Notes: generated from the sequence alone by a model not told the origin. Numbered from the stretch's first letter, positions 10,698 through 22,917 are shown. The stretch: 64,000 bases of DNA from Chamberlinius hualienensis (GCA_054772095.1 BAAGAE010000033.1:4000326-4064325), one strand, 5' to 3'. Numbers and translations are program-made.

Positions 10698-10966
10698 CTG
10701 CAAAATCGATTTATTTAAAGATTTTTAGGAGTATATAAAACTCATTCCGCACAGATTATTGAATGTGTTACGGGTGTTTTAACTGCAAATTTTGCACTTA
10801 CAATCGTCAACTTCAGTGACAAAGAAAGCTATTGACTTTTCATGTAACCATGCAAGAGTTAAACCCTCTCCCGAGTAACACAAACTTATATTTTAAAAAT
10901 TTAATATTTATTATGTTCAGTAACTTATTACCGAGATATAGACATTCAAAACAATACTGGCAATAC

Positions 10967-11043
10967 CTGAAGAGTTGTTGGTTACAGCCGACACAAGTGT
11001 ACATTCCTTTATCATTATGCTTGTAATATTCTCCTGAAAATGG
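10967..11043 (-). CDS. MSRB: MsrB exon 2 (first CxxC of zinc site)
   Basis: PFSGEYYKHNDKGMYTCVGCNQQLF(S). Acceptor ttaag, donor AG|GTATTG. Canonical MsrB G.Y.C..C...LF signature. Confidence 0.8.
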
Positions 11044-11108
11044 CTTAACATCAACAACAGAAATTACAATTTATTTGATACAATATTATTTCACTGGCAA
11101 AGTTTTAC

Positions 11109-11186
11109 CGCTTCAGTTCCCTTTTGCCTGCAAACGTAGAATTGTTCAGGCGTTAGTTTTTGACGCCATTCGTCTTCTGAACTCAT
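11109..11186 (-). CDS. MSRB: MsrB exon 1 (start codon 11184-11186)
   Basis: MSSEDEWRQKLTPEQFYVCRQKGTEA matches MsrB N-terminus ...EEWRKVLSPEQFYVTRQKGTE. Donor GCG|GTAAAA. Confidence 0.8.
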
Positions 11187-11694
11187 TTTGATACTGTTGA
11201 CTGTGATTGTAAAACTTGTTTTGTATACCGAGATCTTTACCGACGTATCTTTAATATTTACCTGACAGATGTTGGATTTTATTAAAATTCCACGCTCTAC
11301 TTAAATTACGGGTGAATAAAAAAGGTAGCGATCGTAGCATATTTCTGTCTTACGACCAACTTAATAGCAATCAGCTGATACACGCCACTGGCTTAATTGT
11401 AGCCGGCGTCTCGTTAGTCTACGCATTCCCAGTCAAGGTGCCGACAGTGTGTATACCTATTTGTGGGGCCTAAAATTTAGCAAATTGTGTAGTTACGGTA
11501 TCTTAACATTTGAGTTATTTTGCAATATCTTAGAACATAAAAAAGATATTAACAAAAAACCGAGGGGAAATGATCCACTAAATACTGAAGGTCGGGGATA
11601 CTGTGAATCGCTCAAGAGCATACAGTGCCACAGTGTGGTACACACGGTGAATTACAAAGCGAAGTGATCCTGAATGCAGAGCGGCAATTTTAAA

Positions 11695-12000
11695 TGTATA
11701 ATGTCAAAACAAGGAAAAACCATATAAAACAGTTTAAAAATCATATAAAACAGTTTAAAAATCATACAAAACAGTTGAAAACCCATATCAAACAGTTTAA
11801 AAATCATATAAAACAGTTTAAAAATCATACAAAACAGTTGAAAACCCATATCAAACAGTTTAAAAAAGTCGTATAAAGCAGTTAAAAAAAGCCATATATA
11901 ATACTTGAAAAACCAGATAAAACAGTTGAAAAACCATATAAAACAGTTGAAAATCCATATAAAACAGTTGCAAATCCATATAAAACAGTTGCAAAGCCTA
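11695..12000. repeat. Minisatellite, about 21-22-bp unit (catataaaacagtt[tg]aaaaat) x about 14, with a 64-bp higher-order repeat (11713-11776 = 11777-11840)
   Basis: Direct reading. It generates artefactual repetitive ORFs on both strands. Confidence 0.9.
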
Positions 12001-13341
12001 ATAAAATATACAGTAGGTCAACTTGACTGAGCACTGGGAATGCCAAGGTCAATTTGGTTGAACTACTGAAATGTTGAAGTACAGCACATGTAATAGTGAA
12101 GTACCGAAGTAGTTCATACTATATAATAATGATGAAATATATGACATAATTAAGATATAATTATTTGACACATTTTTTTATTTTTTAAAGGCAATTATTA
12201 CCATTATTAATTTGTAAAAAGAAAATGGCAAAATTTCTCTAGATTTGTCCGTCGGTCTATTTTGACTTGAAACAAGTTCTTGCCTACCCATGCATCTGCT
12301 ATAGCAACGCCTTCTTGAGTAAAAAAAATGGTCACGGTATGCTATGCGACCACTTTACAAATTTCCTGAAAATAACGTTCTAGAAGGCTAATATTCCAAT
12401 TTTAGCTGAATCCAACAGAAAGGACTAGACTGTGGCGCCTTCCATGAAACGATTTTATTAAAGTTCATGCTTTTCACTATTTTTTTTAAATTGCTGGTAA
12501 CGTTGCGATAATAATCGGAAACTCCCTATTAAGCTGTTCAAGTATTATTTTGCTGGAAAAAGGTATATTTTGCTTCATTTTCTTGTTGAAAATAATTGAA
12601 ACACTTTGGCAGAAAACAGTTTTATTCAATAAATAGGCGTTTTTAGAACAAACATCAACTGCAATTGAAAGAGGGTTAGGTGTGAAGTGGGGAATTGAGA
12701 AAAGCTTAAAAGTTCGTAAAAACAACCGACTGGCAAATAAGACATTTAAAAAGGAAAAACATCACAATTAATTATGCATGTTAATTTTTTTCATATTTTT
12801 TTTTTTGGGACATAAAACACCTGATTTGAACTTGAGCCACAGAGAACCAGCCTGAATGCCACTGCTACGCCTATAATATGAAATTCGTTTTATTTATTTA
12901 AATTTTTCAGCTTCAACATGCAGACGATTAACTTGCTTTTAATTTCCAATCGTTTTCTTTAAAAATTTATTTATTTATTTATTTTTTTGAACTTTTCCTT
13001 TTTCTTCTTTCGTATTTATTTTTTAAAGGTGTATTTACATTTGAGTGAAAAAGATGAAGATGATAAAAACATTTTTTTTTTGTTTTGTGGTGCTTTCATT
13101 AATTTTTATAATTATTAAGAAATACGAATCAACAGAGTTTTAAAAAATTGGTTGTATTTTGTTGATGGTCGTTGCCATGTTTGTACGTCATTGTTTTTGG
13201 CCATGGCGTTCATATTTGGGTGAGCAATTTAAGAGATAGCGGTCGAAGGTCCAACCATTTAGAAATTTTTTGTTTGTTTCTGTTTTGCATATATGTTTTA
13301 TCATGTTCATTGTCCCGTCGTTTAAAGTTGCCGTCTAGTGG

Positions 13342-13722
13342 TGGTCATTGCGAGAATAAAAGAGCAAATGTGGCTACTGCCATGACTAATGCCAACACTG
13401 TAAATAGAAATCGATCGCACACCAGCGCCACCTGCTGCCACTCGCTTTTGATGGTCTCTTTCCTGTCTTGTTCCGCGCACCGGATGTCACTCTTATCGAT
13501 AGTTTCATAGATTTTATTGAGCACTCGAAGAAATTGGCGTTCAAAATCATCTGATCGCATGACGTCACTGGTGGGCTGTGGTGATTGCTGTTGTAAGGGC
13601 TGTTGGGTTGAGGGATAGTATTTCCGGCGTGCAAAACATGGCGAATAATTGTATCGCTCCAGGTGATCAGTATCAACACTCTGTGATCCAGATATGTCCA
13701 CATGAGGTGCTGGTGGAAAATC
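13342..13722 (-). CDS. nAChR terminal exon (cytoplasmic loop remainder, M4; stop 13342-13344)
   Basis: DFPPAPHVDISGSQSVDTD...IRCAEQDRKETIKSEWQQVALVCDRFLFTVLALVMAVATFALLFSQ*. EW..VA.V.DR...M4 is typical of nAChR subunits. Acceptor after a poly-T tract at 13723-13724. Confidence 0.85.
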
Positions 13723-13859
13723 CTAAAAAAAAAAAAAAAGATAAAGCTGATTTTGATTAATATATTATTCTCTGCAATTAATCATGAGAAGATTACTGAT
13801 GAAAGGACCCAGGTGTACAGCACAGATTGGGAAAAAAAATAAAAGGCTTAATAACTGAC

Positions 13860-14056
13860 CTTAGTTTTGCTTTGAGTTTGTGTGCTATCCGGTCCTATCC
13901 TAAGCAGTAATATTTTAGCCATATATCCTAGTACTACTTTTCTCAAACATGGCGTCAATTCCACTCCCCTTGATCCTCTATAGTGGACACTTAAACTCAA
14001 CACACTTAAACACGTCACTGCGCAAACTACACACACCGAGGCGCCGTAATAATAAC
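13860..14056 (-). CDS. nAChR exon (M3 and start of cytoplasmic loop)
   Basis: YYYGASVCVVCAVTCLSVLSLSVHYRGSRGVELTPCLRKVVLGYMAKILLLRIGPDSTQTQSKTK. Donor AAG|GTCAGT. Confidence 0.8.
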
Positions 14057-14119
14057 CTGTGTCAATAGACAGTATATTACACAGTTGAAATTGATATTTG
14101 TAATTTTGTATCAACTTAC

Positions 14120-14254
14120 TGATGAGTGGCATTTTGTTTGTAGGTGGCAGTGTTTGTCTAACCATTAGAATGAACACTGATAGTGCTATTAGACTGCCCA
14201 TTGCCACACTGACTCGCTCACCGCAGTCGCATGGCAAGTAAAATACCAGTAAGG
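14120..14254 (-). CDS. nAChR exon (M1 end, M2 pore helix)
   Basis: ALLVFYLPCDCGERVSVAMGSLIALSVFILMVRQTLPPTNKMPLI(S). The GER ring before M2 is consistent with a cation channel. Donor A|GTAAGT. Confidence 0.85.
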
Positions 14255-15120
14255 CTAAAAATATCAATAAAAAACAAATCAGTTCACACTCCAGTGGATA
14301 ATTCGAATTCAATCTATCAATGGAGGTAATTAGTTAGACTAATTTCTGCAAAGAAACAAATTAAGTTTGGTTAATTAACATTGTTTCATTATCTTTTATG
14401 CCGCAATTAGTCGCTTTTAATTACACGTATGTTGTTTTAGTTGGTTTTTTTCTTCTATTATTTTAGAGTTAATGTTCATGTACATGTTGATGGTGTTTTG
14501 CTTTGTTAGCTAAACTGGGCAACAGATAAAAATGGAAGTAAATTGATGAGTGAGCTAGCGTCGCTGGGGGGCACCGTTAATCCCTTGACACATGATTGAT
14601 CGCCAGGTGTCGCTGGGGATTTTGTTCGTGTGCTTTAAATGATGGTTTCTGATCGCCCTTTTTCTCTTTGTCTTTTACTGACAGTTTATCTGGTAATGCA
14701 GCAGGGGCATCTTTTTGCAGCCAGCCACTCAATGTGTGTGTTTTAAGCTTCTGGTTTAAGCGCTACCTGGCGAATCATTCCAATTCAATTTGACGTTGAA
14801 TAAATATCTTGAAGCGGTTACGACAATTAATTGATTCGTTATATACTGGCCCCCAGCGACTGTTTCGACTGGAGGACAGTCATTAGAGAGTCTACCTAAT
14901 AATGTAAAATCACAATTGCCTGCATACAGTCATTTGAAAAATCAATAATTTTTTACGATTTCACATGTATTGTATACAAATTGCGTTATGAATATTTTGG
15001 ATGCATCTTCAACTCAAGTTAATTAACCTTATGGATTAACTTAATTATTTTTTGACATTATTTTGATCAACTTAAAGGAATTTGAAAAGTAACTTAGTTG
15101 TCGTAGTCGATTGTATTTAC

Positions 15121-15340
15121 CAATAGCATTGATGAGCGTGCAGGGTAGAATGAGATTGAACACGTGATAGAGAGGGCGACGTCTTAGTTTTAAGATATAT
15201 GTGACGTCATAGTATGGCTGATCAGGACAACAGGGTAAAGTGGTAACGTGACGCTCGCAACTTAGCTCTTCCAGTTCAAAATCGCCGTTGCTTTGGTAAC
15301 GACTGATGTCGCCGTAGTCACTCTGTTGACTCAGATCCAC
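15121..15340 (-). CDS. nAChR exon (loop C with vicinal Cys pair, start of M1)
   Basis: VDLSQQSDYGDISRYQSNGDFELEELSCERHVTTLPCCPDQPYYDVTYILKLRRRPLYHVFNLILPCTLINAI. The CC pair marks an alpha-type subunit. Donor G|GTAAAT. Confidence 0.9.
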
Positions 15341-15405
15341 CTAAATGATTAACCAGAGATTAACAATTTATCGCGGTTAGTTTTTGACGTAATCTTATAC
15401 GTTAC

Positions 15406-15586
15406 CTGATTGCCATCATACGTCCAGGAGGCGAATCTCATTTGGCAGTGTTGCACATCAAAAGGAAAGAAGTTGACATCAATGTTGCAAGTGCTTTTAA
15501 AAATGGCGTGCGATAGCCAAGTGACTTCGCCGGTTGAGTTGATGATGACATTGGTACTGACGATAGCAGAGTTAGATGCATCAGCG
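15406..15586 (-). CDS. nAChR exon containing the Cys-loop
   Basis: [62 protein letters not shown]-x13-C loop with FPFD. Donor CAG|GTAACG. Confidence 0.9.
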
Positions 15587-15645
15587 CTAATTAGACAACG
15601 CATTAATTAGATTTCACGTGAGGCGAGAATCTAGTCGTCATTTAC

Positions 15646-15800
15646 TTGTTGTATAGTAGTATATCCGGTTTCCACACGTGTGCCACCGGAAGTCTGATAA
15701 CCTTAATGCCTCCAAAATCGGTGGCGTTCCATCTGAGATGGAAGTCCGTCCAGGCCTGACTTAGCCAACAGTTGGTCACAACCAGCTGATTGCTTTCATC
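15646..15800 (-). CDS. nAChR exon (ligand-binding domain)
   Basis: [51 protein letters not shown], with the WxPDIxLYN motif of Cys-loop receptors. Confidence 0.85.
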
Positions 15801-15860
15801 CTAAATGGGGAGTAAGTTAATACGCTATTGATGATTTAGTACTCTTGTGTGCTGACTTAC

Positions 15861-16006
15861 TATTTGTACGAGCTGGTGTAGTGCTAAGCCTATGACCACT
15901 TTGAGCGGCTGAGAGGCGTTGTGAGAAGGGCGGACGGATGCGTCATAGTTTGCCATCAGGTAGCGAGTCAGACGATACTCTTGTTCATCACCGCATGCCA
16001 GACACA
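15861..16006 (-). CDS. nAChR alpha-like subunit, exon encoding end of signal peptide and start of extracellular domain (upstream ATG exon not found)
   Basis: (x)CLACGDEQEYRLTRYLMANYDASVRPSHNASQPLKVVIGLALHQLVQI. Acceptor tttacag at 16007-16008, donor ATA|GTAAGT. Confidence 0.75.
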
Positions 16007-16822
16007 CTGTAAACAACTACGTAATTAATATAAACATCTAACGGCCCTCTTTCTTATGATTTCTTTCCGTAACCCTCTTTTCTTATATATACAGTATATA
16101 TATTTTTTACAACTACCAATCCAAAAATAATAAACTTTGCTTTTTTAGGGGATCATTCAACTTTGAAGATAATTTTATTTTATCAAAAAACCACTTAAAA
16201 TAAGGCAATTATGTTTAATGATGTCCATTTTTACTTTTAAGTTATTTTCACTCAATTTTTAAAAAAAATCGAAACCTTGAAAGAGTTTTATTTTGATATA
16301 TTAAAGGTGTGATTTTTTCTGAATTGTATTTGAATTGTAAACATAAAAGGTCATATTATAATATATTGCAATAATGCAATTAAATCGAATGAATGACTAC
16401 AATCAGAAAATCATACGAACTGCAAAGTTGGATGATGATCCGAAAACGCGAGGTTTATCATTTTTATACTGGTTGTTGTATTTTTTGCTATTTTATTTTA
16501 TTTTTCATTTTTTTTAGTATGGTTGACGTAAGTGAATATCGTTGGGGTCTCTTAGGTTCGACCAGCAGGTGGCGTTACACTTTTGAAAATGTAGTTTTTT
16601 ATTTTATATTGTGAGAGTATGTCTCACCTTTGAACTGAACTTGGTTGCCATGGTAACCAATTGTGTGGTAGATAAGGACAGAAATTGTTTACGCTTCACT
16701 TGAAAGATAAAAACTTAAGGGAGCTATTTAGTCTTGCTTTTTATCGCTTCAAGTCCACTGTAGGTGGTGCAAGCTACGGTGCAGTAGTTTCTAAGATGCA
16801 CGTTTTGAAGGAAGTTGTAAGT

Positions 16823-16838
16823 GGGGGGGGGGGGGGGG
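16823..16838. repeat. G16 homopolymer
   Basis: gtgggggggggggggggggat read directly. Confidence 0.9.
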
Positions 16839-17211
16839 ATCAAAGATAAGGAAGAGATAATTGCAGTAGCGTCCTCTCTCGACGGTGACAAAATGAGTGT
16901 GCACTTATTAAGTTGACGTGGAAAAAAAAATTAAATATAATAATAGTCATAAATAGATGTAACCGAATTATATCGAAATATCACAATCGATTTGGTTGAA
17001 TGAAAGGAGTTTCTTAAACAGTCGGAGAAGAATTCTAAAGCCAGAATGTACATCACATAGAGCGAGAGAGAGAAAAGAGTGAGAGGAAGACTCTGTAGTT
17101 GTAATGAAGTGCTGAAGTTATTTAGCCCGTCTTATGACAACTGACGCCTATTGTTCGCCAACGCTATTGTTACGATACCCATAGTCCCGGTGTCTTTACT
17201 TTATGTTGTTT

Positions 17212-17227
17212 CCCCCCCCCCCCCCCC
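17212..17227. repeat. C16 homopolymer (complement of the G16 tract 373 bp upstream)
   Basis: tttccccccccccccccccata read directly. Confidence 0.9.
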
Positions 17228-17482
17228 ATATATATACAGTATTTGTCGGGTATCCTCGGTAAGTTTATTGTTTGACATTGATGGATGCTGAACAGCGCAT
17301 TCCGCTGCCATTCACACACTAGCATAATTGAGTGGATCATGATTTACGTCAGGAACGGATTTACAATTAAATCTCTTAGATATAAAATCAACTTCCGCTT
17401 GTTGTTGACGGTCAATAACATCATCTGCATATCTTAATGGAAGGACGCAATGCGGTTGCAGGAACTTTGCCAAAAATAAAGA

Positions 17483-17518
17483 GGGGGGGGGGGGGGGAAG
17501 GGAAAAAAAAAAAAAAAG
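17483..17518. repeat. G15 homopolymer followed by GAAGGG and A15
   Basis: gagggggggggggggggaagggaaaaaaaaaaaaaaag read directly. Confidence 0.9.
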
Positions 17519-20500
17519 AAAGGGATGAATACATCAGTAGGCGCAAACATGCATCCTGAATGACGTCAATCAGTCGAAACTTAAACCCAAAATGAACACG
17601 TCTATAAACATTGAACATCTATTTGATATTACATTACTGACATTTTATACGGCACTTGTAGGTGCTATTGTTAATTTATCACTTTTTTATTTTTGGATAT
17701 ACAGTATACAGTTTTTTTTTGGGTTTATTTTTATATCGATTTAGTTTCAAATTGTTTTGTGGACGTATATGTAAACAGTATAAAAATTGATTTACTTTTT
17801 GTAACTTTTTTGTTGTGGTTTTATAATTGAGCTTTGCTGCTTCTTAAGTCCTTTTTTTTTTATCTTGTTTGATTTTAGGTTCTTTGGCGCCTTTTTATTG
17901 CCTTAGTGTTTTAATGTGTTTTTTTTCCCTTGCCCCTTTTTCTCGTTCTTACAACTTTCTAATGCGATTTCTTTTTAGAACAGCAGTTATATCACAAAAT
18001 GTCATTGTAACGTAATAGAGGGCATGTGATGTCATCGACGCTGTGACGTCACTAAAGACCAGATAAAGCGTTAATCACGAGATTTCGATTAGTGTTAGTG
18101 ACAAGTGAAGAGCGTCTAATATAGTCATTTGAATATAATGGCGGCCTCGTAGGAATAGTTGAAAGATAGAATCGCACCACTTCAAAAGGTATGTTATGAT
18201 TGAATGGAAAAGAGGGAGGAGCTGTGGAAAGGGGGAGGTTTCACTTACCTTTGACCTATCTCAAGGGAAGATTAAGGACTACAGTGTAGTACGCCTCGCT
18301 GTCGATCGATTCAGAGAGAATCGATTTCTCTTTCTCGGTTGAGCGACCTCTGGTGGCGAGTAAGAAAATGTGTAAATAAAAGAAAATGAGATGAAAAAGT
18401 AGGCGCTTTAATTGACGGGAATAAACATGAGTAAATGAGGAACGGTCGCGTATAGCAATTACTCACTTCAACGCTGTCTGATGGCGGCTATTATTAAGCA
18501 AAGGCTATTCGCGATTTTGTTGTTGTTGATATCTCGTACTTTGCAGTATAAATAAGTTAAAATTACAAGTTTAAAGTGAAATGATGTTTGTAACAATTTA
18601 CCAGAAAAAGAAGACTTTCTTGCTCTTATTTTCTCTCTATTACACGAAAACATCATCCAATCACTATTTAGAATCAAATTTCAGTTGGGTTTTTTATTGA
18701 ACACCACGCCACCTATTCTTGTTGCAGTTGGTGTTGTTGTGTTCACTTTTTATTTGTTGCTATTGTTAGCTGTATAGGGGGCGCTGATGTGGTAGTGGGT
18801 TCAAAATGACTCCCAAGGGAAATAAAACTGAAAACGTTGCCTCAAATGCGATTTGGAAAAGTCAACGGGGACTCCAAACAGTGGGTGGGCAGGAGCGCAT
18901 TACATATCCACTTCCGGTCTCAGCTCTTTCTCAGATGTGGAAAAGTTTCGATTAAGATTTAATAAATTTTCTTTCAACACCTACGAGACTTTTAATCTTT
19001 CCCGAAACTTTTATTTCATTTCTCTCTCTCGCCACCCCCCTTCTCCTTCCTACACAAATTTTAGTCTCGTTTCACTTTCTCATTTTCATATACTGTATTT
19101 GCAAATAATTATTTATTACCTCCGCTAGGTAGTACACGCGTAAAGCCAGCACGAAAAATGATTATTTATGGGTAAAAACGCCGAAATGAAGTCGTTATGA
19201 CGTTGTGTAATAAAATAGTTCACGAACCGTATGACGTCATACATTAAACGAATTGCTAACATTGCGTTGCCTTGTTAATTAGCTTGCTGATTTTGATCTT
19301 GATGACGTTGAAGTTGAACTTTTACTGTGGAACGTTTGGAGTATTATGTTAGCGGTTAGCTTTGAAAAACTGTACAGACGCATGCATCTTTAATACCATC
19401 GTGTAACGTTATCATTGGAGCCATTAGCAGAGATCACGGTATAAATAACTTTTAACACTAGTCCAGTTGCATAGCCAACATTTGTAAGTTGTTGGCGCAT
19501 TTAGAGGTCACAACTACGGTATAAACTGGAGTGTACTTAAGTCGCACATTCACAGCCTGCGATCTAATGTTGCCTATGTAAAACTAGGGAATGTTCTTGA
19601 GTGGTCTGAAGAGCTCGAACGTATAGGGTATTTTTTATTGAGTAGATATGGTCTGGAACTAAAACCTCTTTTTTATTATTTTTTTTTTTTTTTGTGTGTG
19701 GTTATTTGTCTTTTTACTTTGACAATTAACCGTTAACTGACAGACGTTTCCATCTTTTTTATGACCGTTACAAGAAATAGCAATAGTCCGCATTTTGTGA
19801 CATTTAAAGCTTATTTAAAAAACAATTATTTGAAATTGTAATTACTTCAAATATTTTAAGCAGCCATTTTTTTATGATTTAAAATAAAGGTTCATTTTAT
19901 TATTAATAATTTTTAGGACGCTTTTAAATTTATTTTTGTCTTTTATTTTGCGCCATCACTATTACGTGATAAAAATAGACCCAATTTACACTTTATGCGT
20001 AATTGTGATAGCGTACCTACTGATCAATGTATTGCCATTCCTTCTAATGCGTGCCGCCACTTTCTATCCCATAATCACAACCTATTTTTATTTATTTTTT
20101 AGGAATCATTTATTCCACACACCTACTCAAATGAGTATATTACCTTTTTCATAGACTTTCATTAAATTTATCATGTTGCACATTGGTATAGTGATGAAAT
20201 ATTTGTATTATAAAAGCCGCATTTGAGTCACTTCTTAAATTATTATGACTTTAGTGAGACTATATATTTTAAAAAGGCTAAATGGGAATAATATACTGGT
20301 AATTGCATTTAAACAAGCTTATTTAATTGACTAATTTAATTATGCAATTAAATAATTCTCTAGACAAAGAGTAAATTTCACATAGGAACACGTGATCGCT
20401 GATGTCATTCAGAAATGCTACATATCTCTTGATAATTTGGGACATTCACTTTCAATTGAGAAATTTGGTATAATACCACATTGTGATTCTTAATAGCTTC

Positions 20501-21171
20501 TAATGCTTTTCAATCAATTAGAAAAGGTTTCGGTACGCTGAAAAGCGGATCCAACTGAAACTTCAATTGTACCGTCGGCTTGAAAAAAATCTTGCCATTA
20601 TAGGATTTTTTTGCGCTTATTCCTAAATGCCGAGCTTTCAACGCACCAATTGTGTACTTTCATGCTTTAGAACTTTACCATATCATACTAGAGTTGTTGA
20701 TGGTGGTATTTTTTAAACAGCCGGAAAAGAAGATTTTAAGTCATTTAAGACGCCTTTACGAGCATGTTTATGCACAGATACGAGTATAATTGAAAATTGT
20801 GACTCGTTTTGAAGATTAACATTGCATGACATTTTGTTTTGATGTGATTCATATATATTTTTATGTTCATTTATGCCATGTCGTGGTTAGCTATTGTTTG
20901 CTTAGTCATCCGACCGAATGTGTATGAATTGACGACGTGACCTTAAGCTCTTCATTATTAAGTTTCATGTATCACGTTGTCTTGCATCGACAAAAAATAA
21001 TATTTCAATCTCTGTCCATCATGACCTGCAGCTTCTGAATAACCTCGACAACCACCGGTTCCTATATTAAATTGAAATTTACTTTTCTGTATTTTGATAT
21101 GTCTATATGTCCTTTAAAATGAGCTAACTTGGTTGAATTTGGATGGCTTTTCACATTTTTAGCGGTACAAT

Positions 21172-21300
21172 TATAACTAATAAAATTTAAATTGGGGAAG
21201 AAGCCCATTGAAAGCCAATAAAATGTTTAGTTCGTTGCCAAGAAATAAAATTAGTTATCAAATGATCAAAAATACATGTCTGGCGTTTGCTTAATCATTT
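21172..21300. repeat. Partial copy of repeat family B (5' portion)
   Basis: gaagcccattgaaagccaataaaatg...ttatcaaatgatcaaaaataca parallels 21395-21500. Confidence 0.45.
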
Positions 21301-21394
21301 ACTGTATATGGCAGAGAAAACTTCTAAGCAGTAGTTTACGTTAGATTACAGTATGTATACTGCTACTTACATTTTTCTGTATACTACTAGTAAA

Positions 21395-21715
21395 AAAGTC
21401 CATTGCAAGTCACTAGACTGTTTATCCCGTTGCAAAGAAATAAAATGAATTATCAGCTAATCAAAAATAGATGACAATTCTTTGCTAAATAGCGTATACT
21501 GTGCTGTATGCGGAAAATGAAACTTTTATACGGTCGAATAGATTATGTATTCTTTGCATTTCATTAAAAAGTTAGTATTCTTTTACATAATATCAATGCA
21601 CTTGCAAGTTATTTGTTTGCTATGGTAACATCTGAAGAAAAATTTTTTTTCTAAATGACGTCAGCGTGACAGGAATGCGCGAAGATTTGCTTTAGTATAT
21701 AGATAGATAAAAATA
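21395..21715. repeat. Interspersed repeat family B (about 300 bp; begins aaaagtccattg[ca]aag, ends with atgacgtcagcgtgaca...gaagatttgctttagtatata)
   Basis: Homologous copies at 24722 and 29883, and a partial copy at 21172-21300. Carries a CRE-like TGACGTCA. Confidence 0.6.
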
Positions 21716-22903
21716 TACAGTATGTAGATAGAAAGATATACGGAAAGATATATGGATCTGCGATAACAATAATTTAAGTTATTTTTTTAAATTGACTTAT
21801 TTTATTTGATAATTTGAAACATTCATCTAATTGGACATACTGTAAATAAAATGTAATTGAATATCAGTATACGAGTGATTTTAATAATATAAATAAACGT
21901 GTACATTGTTATGATAATTGAAATCATCATCATATAATTATCATTATGCAAATTAGATAAAGTCATAAAAATTCGGGCTCTCTTGTCATGAGTTATCTAG
22001 TATACTGTATATTAAATAAACTATTTCTATAGAGGAATAGATTTGACTATTTAAATTTCAAAGATTTTTTTTTCGGTCGCATACAAGCGACAATCCGTAG
22101 TTATTCATTTGTTTTGTTTTTAAAGACAAAACAAATGAATAATGGTTCTATTTTTTTTTAGGCAGTGTATTAAAAAAGGTCGTTTTTTCAACAAAACGTC
22201 ATGTTATTGACCGTGTGACTGTTTCAGGTAATTCTCTAAAAAAATATTATACATTAAGTTCTTTACGAGAATGGCATTAGATTAAAGTCTGCACATAAAA
22301 CCGTGATATATTGATCAATATTTTATTAGACTTTATGGTCACTTTCTTAGGCTTTTTACCAAATAAATAATCTATTATATGGCAACATTCTACTTATGCT
22401 GAATTTCAAAATAGCGATAATGTAATATTTAAGAAAGATCATTTACAAACTTTTAGTCTGGGTACAGCGACAGATTTAGCACTCAATAAATCCTCCTAAA
22501 TTGACCGCAGAATCTTAAAACTCTGTCGTGAAATTTAAGCCGCGTAAATTCACCGCATTTTTTCACTTCCCGCACGACGTTTTACGTGGTTTTTATATAC
22601 AGTATATATATATATTATTGCTCAATTGAAATTCAACATTTGACGAATGTCTATAGTCTATACTGTAGTAGTTTTTACTCTTATTTAATGCAAGTCTAGT
22701 CATTTAATTATTCCGCTGTTAATGCTTTATGATGGTTGCATACGATTAGCATTTATTAGGCGAATTTGATCGTAGCTTTTGTTTAGCATATCCATTTCCT
22801 TCTTTAATGTAAATTTCCTCTTCAAGTGATTGACGGTCGCGCGCGTGCGGCTAATTATCTGTGCGTCTGTAATTAGTCTTCATTTCGGAAGTGAAGTGAG
22901 GGG

Positions 22904-22917
22904 TGTGTGTGTGTGTG
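22904..22917. repeat. (GT)7 microsatellite
   Basis: Direct reading. Confidence 0.8.

Noticed and set aside
11652-11876. Overlapping repetitive ORFs on both strands (KQFKNHIKQF... / FKLFYMIFKLF...)
   Set aside because: Artefact of translating the 21-bp minisatellite.
13172-13703. Plus-strand ORF 13172..13510 and alternate-frame minus ORF 13386..13703 over the receptor last exon
   Set aside because: Only the frame giving the EW..V.DR..M4 helix is conserved. The others are overlapping-frame noise.
18468-18677. Minus-strand ORF considered as the missing receptor signal-peptide exon (..LCLIIAAIRQR followed by GTGAGT)
   Set aside because: An in-frame stop precedes the donor and there is no initiator ATG in the hydrophobic stretch. 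Not supportable.
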